A stretch of DNA of 22,986 bases from a virus. Its lineage: Duplodnaviria > Heunggongvirae > Uroviricota > Caudoviricetes. The translations under genes and the position numbers were made by a program. Positions 1-6,785 of the stretch are shown here, in pieces (position 1 is the first letter of the stretch; each line of letters opens with the position of its first letter). The notes beneath the pieces were generated by a model. It was not told the origin of the DNA, made no database searches, and saw only the letters and a list, made by a program, of their open reading frames with translations. The stretch lies in the IMG/VR virus record IMGVR_UViG_2519899565_000007. One strand, 5' to 3'.

Positions 1-1526
1 TCGTTGCCATTAACTCTGACGCTCATACCGCCCTCAGCGTAAGCTGGCGTAAGTAAAACTCCACCGGCTCCGTTACCATAGATACGGTTGTTGATTATAT
101 TAATATTATTGCAGTGGCCACCAACATTAATACCGTTACCGGTGTTTTGAAACAATCGGCACCCAATGATGTCAATGGAGTAACCGTTAACTAATATTGC
201 GTTGTTATTAGTATTAACCACGTCAATATTTTCTATTTTAATGTGGTTGGCTTCAGTAAGACTGATGCCGTTAGCTGCGTAGCCATTTCCGTCAAGACCA
301 AAGTCCCTGAACTCGCAGAACGTAATTACTCCATCTTGTTGCGTGATTATCGGTGCCGCTGTACCCGTAGAGAAAATTCTGGACTGATATGCGCCAGCAC
401 CTCGTATCATGGTGACAGTATTCTTAATCGTAATACCAGGGTCAACAATGAACACCCCCTCTGGTATAACAATCTCAGTTGGCAACGTAGCATCATCAAT
501 AGCCTTCTGAAACGCCGCTTTGTTCTGAGAACCGGTGTTGCCAACTTTAAATCCGTAGTCTGAAAGTGTCACCAAATCTACAGAAAGTTTTTCATATACC
601 GACATCGAGACGGCATCATTAAATTTAGGGGTATATGTAACTATTGAGGAGCCTTTATCTGTCTCTTGACTAATCAGGTCGCTCCGCAACGATGCATCCC
701 CTACAGATACCCAGGCACCAAGGGAAACCCCACCTGTTGATTCAGGGGTTGAATTCTCAGGAACATCTTTTGGTAAAGATCCATCCCAACGGTAGTACTC
801 GCCATTTCCATCAGGACGTTTCCAGTGAAGTGCCTGAAATCTAGTTGTTATTGAAGCACCATCCTGAAACGAATCAATAAGGGAATATCCCCATAACCCA
901 CTACTTTCAGGATCAAGAAGAAGCGGTGATCCAGAATTATCAAAACTCAGTGTTTTATTCTTTCTCCCATCCGCATCAGGTAACTCATTTATAAACGATT
1001 CAGGTACTCTCAAGCTTCTGCTTAGGCTGGCACCAGAAAGAATATCAACATAATCTTTCGTTGCTGCGTCTTTCGGCCTGGATGGGGCACGAAGATTACG
1101 AATATAGTTGTCCATTGCGTCGTAATAGTTAGCAGCAAATGACGGCTTACGTAGCGCCAGGCTAAACCAACTACGAACCTGCTGAATCAACATTGTCAAC
1201 TTATCAAGCGCATCCTCATGCACCTCAGCAAAGAACTTACCCTGGTTACGGAGATCCGTTTCCTGCGTAACCGGCAATTCACGTGATATGGAAATCTGGT
1301 AACCATTAGCAAGAGCTGTTGCCAGTATTACATTACCACCTACATACCCACCTGCGCCGGTTACTGTGTAGTCAGTATCTAGCGTCAGAACAGTGATGTT
1401 ATCGTTCAGGTCTACAACCTGGACTACCAGATCAGACTTCTTAAAAATCCTGAAGGTATAATGGAATGTCGTTGTAACACCGTTACCGGTGTATTCGTTG
1501 TGGTCAACTTCGGTTGAGACCGTCAT
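1..1526 (-). CDS. Tailspike / tail fibre, 3' end beyond window; T7 gp17-like N-terminal adaptor domain followed by beta-helix-like repeats
   Basis: ATG at 1526-1524 with GGAG 7 nt upstream; frame open to position 1 (checked triplets 3-299, no stops). N-terminus MTVSTEVDHNEYTGNGVTTTFHYTFRIF...VLTLDTDYTV has the pattern of T7 gp17 N-terminus as recalled; Asn/Gly-rich repeats downstream (NTGNGINVGG, NNRIYGNGAGG) suggest a parallel beta-helix. Confidence 0.75.
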   Translation of the reverse strand, partial: MTVSTEVDHNEYTGNGVTTTFHYTFRIFKKSDLVVQVVDLNDNITVLTLDTDYTVTGAGGYVGGNVILATALANGYQISISRELPVTQETDLRNQGKFFAEVHEDALDKLTMLIQQVRSWFSLALRKPSFAANYYDAMDNYIRNLRAPSRPKDAATKDYVDILSGASLSRSLRVPESFINELPDADGRKNKTLSFDNSGSPLLLDPESSGLWGYSLIDSFQDGASITTRFQALHWKRPDGNGEYYRWDGSLPKDVPENSTPESTGGVSLGAWVSVGDASLRSDLISQETDKGSSIVTYTPKFNDAVSMSVYEKLSVDLVTLSDYGFKVGNTGSQNKAAFQKAIDDATLPTEIVIPEGVFIVDPGITIKNTVTMIRGAGAYQSRIFSTGTAAPIITQQDGVITFCEFRDFGLDGNGYAANGISLTEANHIKIENIDVVNTNNNAILVNGYSIDIIGCRLFQNTGNGINVGGHCNNINIINNRIYGNGAGGVLLTPAYAEGGMSVRVNGN

Positions 1527-1579
1527 GTTAAATCTCCAGATAGTCGCAGCACCCGTTGCGCCGCATATCCGGTTATTCT

Positions 1580-1646
1580 ATTACCTGAAAAACCACATAT
1601 GGATATATAACCCATAAATACGAACAGATATTACCTTTCAGGTGAT
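1580..1646. repeat. Copy 1 of a shared regulatory element: ATTACC-N5-AACCACATATG ... ACGNACA ... 17-bp palindrome ATTACCTTTCAGGTGAT (1630-1646)
   Basis: Direct comparison with 18509-18587: identical ATTACC, AACCACATATG and ATTACCTTTCAGGT blocks in the same order and orientation. Lies in the divergent region between the tailspike start and the plus-strand 85-aa gene. Confidence 0.7.
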
Positions 1647-1682
1647 TCGCAAAACGTGCTGGATAGCAAACAAATTATTTGA

Positions 1683-1702
1683 TACTGTATATTTATACAG
1701 TT
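1683..1702 (+). promoter_or_regulatory. LexA (SOS) box TACTGTATATTTATACAGTT, immediately after a -35-like TTGATA (1679-1684)
   Basis: CTGT-N8-ACAG with AT-rich centre; 18/20 match to the E. coli consensus TACTGTATATATATACAGTA. Arrangement resembles the recA promoter (TTGATA followed directly by the LexA box). The -10 is weak (TATTGC at 1702-1707). Sits 20 bp upstream of the ATG at 1722. Confidence 0.75.
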
Positions 1703-1721
1703 ATTGCATGGAGAAGATAAG

Positions 1722-1979
1722 ATGCAGCAGTATCACTATCCACTGGAAGACGGATTTACCGAAAGGATTCACACGCCGGGAGGCGTCAGGTCACTGGTGG
1801 AGGGATCGCACTTGATGAAATTACTCCGGGATCTCGATAAGGATGGATTTAATGTCGATGGCCCACTTGCCGAACTGACTGCACTGATTAACTACGTCAC
1901 CAGCTCACAGATGTCTATGCAGGATCTGCAAACACATCTCGACTATTGTGCCGAACAATTACGAAAACAAACCACATAA
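1722..1979 (+). CDS. Hypothetical 85-aa protein, putatively SOS-regulated; antisense to the structural operon
   Basis: ORF track 1704..1979 starts at TTG; in-frame ATG at 1722 has GGAG at 1710-1713. Soluble, no recognisable family. Confidence 0.55.
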   Translation: MQQYHYPLEDGFTERIHTPGGVRSLVEGSHLMKLLRDLDKDGFNVDGPLAELTALINYVTSSQMSMQDLQTHLDYCAEQLRKQTT

Positions 1980-2001
1980 AGAAAAGGCCGCGAAAGCGGC
2001 C
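1976..2001 (-). terminator. Intrinsic terminator (GGCCGC-GAAA-GCGGCC) with a T-tract on the minus strand
   Basis: 6-bp GC stem 1986-1991/1996-2001 with GAAA loop; minus-strand continuation TTTTCTTTAT (rc of 1976-1985). Follows the stop of the 98-aa membrane gene and sits at the convergent junction with the plus-strand 85-aa gene. Confidence 0.65.
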
Positions 2002-2002
2002 T

Positions 2003-2014
2003 GTGACATGTCAC
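2003..2014. repeat. 12-bp palindrome GTGACATGTCAC (copy a), overlapping the stop codon of the minus-strand gene 2011..2307
   Basis: Exact palindrome; the same 12-mer recurs at 21825-21836 and with one mismatch at 16521-16532 and 19560-19571. Confidence 0.7.
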
Positions 2015-2307
2015 GTCCCTTTTCTGAATGATAGCCATTCGAAAAATGATGACATTCCACCGCAGACAATAGCAAAGATGATCCCACCAAAGAAGAGAAG
2101 GCCAGCCTGCCACCACTCCCACCGCCATACATCCACAGCGCCAACCATACCAACAATCGCTCCAACAAATGGAATATAGCTCACGATGAAAGCAATGGGG
2201 GCTGCAATTATCCAGTGCAATCCCCACCATGATTCAAGCCCAGCCATAATTGCTGCCAACTGAAAAAGACCAACGACGATATAAACAATGAATCCTATAG
2301 CTTGCAT
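2011..2307 (-). CDS. Small hydrophobic membrane protein (98 aa, about 3 predicted TM segments)
   Basis: ATG at 2307 with AGGTGA 5 nt upstream; sequence dominated by hydrophobic stretches (FIVYIVVGLFQLAAIMAGL, IIAAPIAFIVSYIPFVGAIVGMVGAV, LLFFGGIIFAIVCGG). Confidence 0.6.
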   Translation of the reverse strand: MQAIGFIVYIVVGLFQLAAIMAGLESWWGLHWIIAAPIAFIVSYIPFVGAIVGMVGAVDVWRWEWWQAGLLFFGGIIFAIVCGGMSSFFEWLSFRKGT

Positions 2308-2319
2308 GTAGTCACCTAT

Positions 2320-2493
2320 TTACCCAGTAAAAATAAGAGGCCTCCCCTCAATAAGGCTTGCAACAAGAACTACTCCCTGCACAACAAAGATGAACCAGCA
2401 AATAGCTTGAGTCTGAGGGTTAAGAAAATATTTGTAGCGGTCAATAAATAACAATCCACCAGAAATTATCACACTCAAAATAATTAAAAACAC
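2320..2493 (-). CDS. Possible small membrane protein (57 aa, GTG start, 2 hydrophobic segments)
   Basis: GTG at 2493 four nt after AAGGAAG, directly after the upstream stop; translation VFLIILSVIISGGLLFIDRYKYFLNPQTQAICWFIFVVQGVVLVASLIEGRPLIFTG. Not in the ORF track (below length cut-off). Confidence 0.3.
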   Translation of the reverse strand: MFLIILSVIISGGLLFIDRYKYFLNPQTQAICWFIFVVQGVVLVASLIEGRPLIFTG

Positions 2494-2502
2494 AACACTT
2501 CC

Positions 2503-4977
2503 TTATTGCGGAGTGACATCCTGAGGTCGCCACCAGTATGTCTGGTTAAACTCTTTCTTCGAACGTTGCTCCATTTTACGCAAATAGCCTGGTGAAAAAT
2601 ACTCCTGCATCTGGTTAAAGATCATGTGATCGAGAGCCGCCTTCAAGTACCAGAGATTCGCACCAGGCATCAAACCTTTCCCCAGCTTCACCAGATCACC
2701 ACCAGTCTGCTCACTCTTCCCTTCCACAGCATTTAACGGTATGCCCTGAGCAATCTTCACTACGTCATCAACCAGACCAGCTACCGGGCCAAGCATCGAC
2801 GCCAGCGCGCCGCTTCCGTACCTAGTGTGATCTGACAATAAAAAGTCACCGTAAAGGCCAAGACCACCACCTTTCAGTAGAGCACCAAGCCAGAATTTTG
2901 CGGCATCTTCTCCTGTCATCTCTCGAGGATTACGACCAGACGCAAGGTCGTTAAGTTGCTGCGACAAAGCGCCAAGAATGGTCGTACTGGCAATAAACGT
3001 CGCAATATATGCCGCACGCCCACCAGCAGACGGCATACCCATAGCGCGTGACCAGTGACGCATAACAACCGAGATAGGGAACGATTTAAACAGGAAAACA
3101 CTTCTCGTTAATTCACCTTTCCATGTTCCACGCTGAATACCAGAACCGGTTATCAGTTGCTCACGTGCTCCCGGTGTAATAACAGCCATATCAACTTCTT
3201 CAGTTACGGCACCGAGCAGTTTACGCATTGCCTCAAATTTCACGCGTTCAGGCTCACCAAGATGTTTAACTGCTGAATCAGGGATACGCATAATGCTTTC
3301 CGGTGTCAGCATCGTATTATTACCGTTCCCCCAGTCCTCCTGTTGCGCCAGCTTCCATACGCTCCAGTCTGTGTCAGTAATCCCTTTACTTTTCAGGATA
3401 CGAAAATCAGAGTCATCGAGGCTACGAAGGTCTGGTGTCCGTGACACTACTTCTCCCAGGCTTCCCATCATGGTTACGCCATAGGCGCGCTTGTGCGCAT
3501 CTGACCATGCTGTAAGCCCACTGGCACGCATTACCGCCGTTGCCGCCCAACGAGACACAGACGGCCCCATATTATCCATCGCCCAGCGGTTAACGCTGCC
3601 AAGTAGAGATTCCATCGCCAGGCCAGCGCGGCGCGCCCGCGCAAGCTCAGTACGGTTCGTTGGGTCCATAGCTTCAAGCTGGTTGCGAAATAACTGGTTC
3701 ATTGGAAGGTTGGTAACCTTCGCAGACAGATACATGGTTCCAAGATCAGAGAACGATGACAGCAACGCGGATCCGAGTCTGCTGGCAACCAGCCAGTTGC
3801 GGATATTGTCAGACCATCGCGCGATGTGCGGATTCGCTACAGGCTGTGTTTTTCCGGAAATAAAGTTGTACAAGTTCTCTGTTTTGTTCGCCAGACGCTC
3901 GACGCTACCGGTTTTACTCGGGTTAGCTGTTGCCGTTTCTGCCTTAACCTGATCAAGAAGAGAGCGGAAAACATGATCGGGGTTTGGGCCATATGTTTCC
4001 ACCAGCGCAATATCTTTACTGATACCTTCCAGGTGACCGACCATGATTTCCCATAGAGAGCGATCGCCATAAAGTTGCTGATATTGCAGATAGGAATCTG
4101 CATCTTTGAAATGTATCTGTCGTGATGCATTACCACGGTTAGCACGTACGCCGGAAATTCGCATTCCGGTATCAGTAAGCTTATTCAGCCCACCAGTAGC
4201 GATCGTGTTATAAGCCTCTCCAAGAAATGCAGACAACTCGGCATCGTTCATCAGTTGTCCATCGGCTCGGGTATAATATTTGCGATCCAGCTTACCTATA
4301 ACATCGCTAACCCATTTATCTTTTGATACCGCCCCAACCTTTTCCATAGAATGATGTTGAGGGATCCCCCAGTTTTCGAGATAGCCAATGTCCCCACCAG
4401 CATCATTAAACCGGCGGCGCAGTAGATCTGTCACTTCTCTCCACGCCTTAGCACCTTTTCTTGCTTTAGCATTGCCAGTATTTTGCCCTCGCATTTCATA
4501 TACCAGGTCACGCACGCCCGCTTCATCTTCAAACAGGCCAAAAAAGCGAGGATCGACTGCTTCAAATGCCTCCTGCAATTGACTCAATGCATAATCACGA
4601 GTGGCTTTTGTTCTGGATTCAACAGAGAGGAAATTCGATTTACCGTCTGCATTAAAAGCAATAGTACGGTTAAGAGCGCCAAGTTTCCCATCAGCCCCTT
4701 GATAGCTATTGATAAATTTATCCAATCTCTGACGTGCGGCTATAGTGAGGGCCACACGACGTTTCTTTAATGCCGCTTCTCGCTGTAATTCTTCAGATGC
4801 CAATTGTGCTGCACGATACAACCGTTCTGATTCGGAAAGTTGTCGCCACGACATCGGGTCATCACGAGCAATGGAGCGCATATTTCGATAAATGCGGTCT
4901 TCAATGTTCTGTATTTCTCGCGCCGTTAACGTGCGCTGCGCCGCCTGCTGGACCGCTTGTATACATTCCTGTCTCAT
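2503..4977 (-). CDS. Internal virion / ejection protein (824 aa), gp16-like by position
   Basis: Long ORF, ATG at 4977, five nt after the upstream stop; position equivalent to T7 internal core proteins; C-terminal hydrophobic segment. Confidence 0.7.
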   Translation of the reverse strand: MRQECIQAVQQAAQRTLTAREIQNIEDRIYRNMRSIARDDPMSWRQLSESERLYRAAQLASEELQREAALKKRRVALTIAARQRLDKFINSYQGADGKLGALNRTIAFNADGKSNFLSVESRTKATRDYALSQLQEAFEAVDPRFFGLFEDEAGVRDLVYEMRGQNTGNAKARKGAKAWREVTDLLRRRFNDAGGDIGYLENWGIPQHHSMEKVGAVSKDKWVSDVIGKLDRKYYTRADGQLMNDAELSAFLGEAYNTIATGGLNKLTDTGMRISGVRANRGNASRQIHFKDADSYLQYQQLYGDRSLWEIMVGHLEGISKDIALVETYGPNPDHVFRSLLDQVKAETATANPSKTGSVERLANKTENLYNFISGKTQPVANPHIARWSDNIRNWLVASRLGSALLSSFSDLGTMYLSAKVTNLPMNQLFRNQLEAMDPTNRTELARARRAGLAMESLLGSVNRWAMDNMGPSVSRWAATAVMRASGLTAWSDAHKRAYGVTMMGSLGEVVSRTPDLRSLDDSDFRILKSKGITDTDWSVWKLAQQEDWGNGNNTMLTPESIMRIPDSAVKHLGEPERVKFEAMRKLLGAVTEEVDMAVITPGAREQLITGSGIQRGTWKGELTRSVFLFKSFPISVVMRHWSRAMGMPSAGGRAAYIATFIASTTILGALSQQLNDLASGRNPREMTGEDAAKFWLGALLKGGGLGLYGDFLLSDHTRYGSGALASMLGPVAGLVDDVVKIAQGIPLNAVEGKSEQTGGDLVKLGKGLMPGANLWYLKAALDHMIFNQMQEYFSPGYLRKMEQRSKKEFNQTYWWRPQDVTPQ

Positions 4978-4982
4978 TTAAT

Positions 4983-6785
4983 TTAACCTCTCAAGAAACA
5001 CGCCACAGCAACATCAAACAGGCTGGAATCCTGTATTGCCTGCTCACTTTCCCTGTTCGCTTCATCCAGTACTTCACGCGCACTGCGCGATTGTGGATTA
5101 CCATCATCATCCAGCACGGTGATTATCATGTCCGGAGATTCAAGCAGCGAGTCTTCAGCTATACGCAGATCAATATCTCCTGCCGGATCTGCCATCATTT
5201 TTTGTTCTGTCTGTTGCAATATCTTACCGGGCTCAAAAGGAGCTACTTCGTCTGGCGTCCTGACCTCTGCTGTTTTATAGAATGAAACAGCCTGAGCATT
5301 AAGTTCACTTTCTGCCTGCTGTCTCCGAGCCAGTTCTGCTCGAGCTTCAAAAAACTGACCGCCAGGCTCATGCGGTGCCAACGCGTTACGAGAAAATTCC
5401 AGGCGTTCTTGTGCCTGCCGGATTCGTTGGTCAATATCGCGAAGTCTGGCCTGTTTATCTGATCGAGCACGAGACAAAGCTTTACCGCTACCGGTTGGCT
5501 CTTCTGCAAGAATTTGTGCACGCTGTTCAGTGAGATTTTCAATAATTCGTTGGCTATTAGCGATTTCAGACTGGTAAACCTGTCTATCTCCACGCGGCAA
5601 AAGCTGCGCGGCCTGTTCTTCAAGCAACCGATTTTCTATAGCGCGCGCCGTTACTCCATCATCTACAGATGACAGAGCCTCATTAACTGCCTGAGACAGC
5701 AGACTCTTGCGCCCAGGAATTTCACTGAAAGATGCAGACTCAACAATGCTGGCAACGTCTACAGGTCTCCCCTGGCTAACATCAGACATAGCTTTTCGCA
5801 GAGCCTGAATGTGAGAATTGCGCGAAAGCACGTTGATCGGCACGCCGGGAGAAATATCAATTTCAGCATGATGAGCGGCATTCGCCGCCAGTGCCGCATC
5901 GACATCAACTGGTGAAAAATTGGGGGTGCTTGTAGCCTCACCGCGAGAGTTAATAAATCTGCCGACACCACCAAACGCCACCCCAAGAACAGCATCAATA
6001 GCGATTGCCTGTCGATCCAACACATCATACTGGTTAGCCATTTCGCTATAGCCACCATCACGAAGCGTTTTTGCAGTAAGCCCACGCTGTGCCATACCGA
6101 ACGCAATATTTGTACCTGCGGCATAGGCAATATCTGGCGTTGCACGTACTGCTGTTGCTGCGGCGCGTCGCACTGAACTTTCACCCGTCCGCGCAAGCTG
6201 AGCCGCCACACCTTCCGCCAGCGCACCACCAGCACGTAACCCGAGGCTCATAGGGATCAGTGTTCCGGCACCAGCAGTAATACCCTGCACTAATCCCGCT
6301 TCCTGCGCCGTCCTGAAATCAACACCCTGTGCTGTCAGCCGTTCAAACTCAGAAAAACCCTGTAGCGAAGTTACCGCCGCAGCACCTCCGACCGGACCAC
6401 CGAGCGTTGTACCGATAACAGCCTGCCCGCCCATATCGAACAACCCATAAAGAACCTGCCCGGCGGTTCCGGTTGTCGCGGCATCAGGCGTCAGCCGCTT
6501 AACCTGCTGCTCTGCTAGTTTTCTCTGCTCGGCAATGTATGAAACTGAAGTGTCATTGAGCGAGGTGTTTTCGTTAACAAACTGAGCAATCGGGGATACG
6601 ATTTTATCCATCCCTGCCCAGAGCAACTGATCTGGCTTTGCCACCAGCCCGGAGTACAAACCAGACAATGCCGCTCCTACAGCATTGTCGAAAAAACCAA
6701 CATCGCTGTTAAAGCCAACTGGATTTGATGCTGCTTCGTCAAGCTGCTGATTCTGGTTTACTGGATTAAGGCCAAAGTAACTCAT
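4983..6785 (-). CDS. Internal virion / ejection protein (600 aa), Gly/Ala-rich N-terminal half and coiled-coil-like C-terminal half
   Basis: ATG at 6785 overlapping the upstream stop (ATGA); composition typical of ejection/core proteins. Confidence 0.7.
   Translation of the reverse strand: MSYFGLNPVNQNQQLDEAASNPVGFNSDVGFFDNAVGAALSGLYSGLVAKPDQLLWAGMDKIVSPIAQFVNENTSLNDTSVSYIAEQRKLAEQQVKRLTPDAATTGTAGQVLYGLFDMGGQAVIGTTLGGPVGGAAAVTSLQGFSEFERLTAQGVDFRTAQEAGLVQGITAGAGTLIPMSLGLRAGGALAEGVAAQLARTGESSVRRAAATAVRATPDIAYAAGTNIAFGMAQRGLTAKTLRDGGYSEMANQYDVLDRQAIAIDAVLGVAFGGVGRFINSRGEATSTPNFSPVDVDAALAANAAHHAEIDISPGVPINVLSRNSHIQALRKAMSDVSQGRPVDVASIVESASFSEIPGRKSLLSQAVNEALSSVDDGVTARAIENRLLEEQAAQLLPRGDRQVYQSEIANSQRIIENLTEQRAQILAEEPTGSGKALSRARSDKQARLRDIDQRIRQAQERLEFSRNALAPHEPGGQFFEARAELARRQQAESELNAQAVSFYKTAEVRTPDEVAPFEPGKILQQTEQKMMADPAGDIDLRIAEDSLLESPDMIITVLDDDGNPQSRSAREVLDEANRESEQAIQDSSLFDVAVACFLRG

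Noticed and set aside
243-563. Plus-strand ORF (106 aa) inside the tailspike region
   Set aside because: Antisense to a long, well-supported minus-strand gene; no RBS; Cys/Arg/Ser-rich composition typical of spurious antisense frames.
2002-2015. CRP-binding-site interpretation of TGTGA-CATG-TCAC
   Set aside because: CRP sites are TGTGA-N6-TCACA; here the half-sites are 4 nt apart.
3491-5285. Several plus-strand ORFs (153, 76, 64, 95 and 171 aa) across the ejection-protein genes
   Set aside because: All lie antisense within long minus-strand genes with coupled starts; compositions are Arg/Ser/Cys/Leu-biased; no independent start signals.
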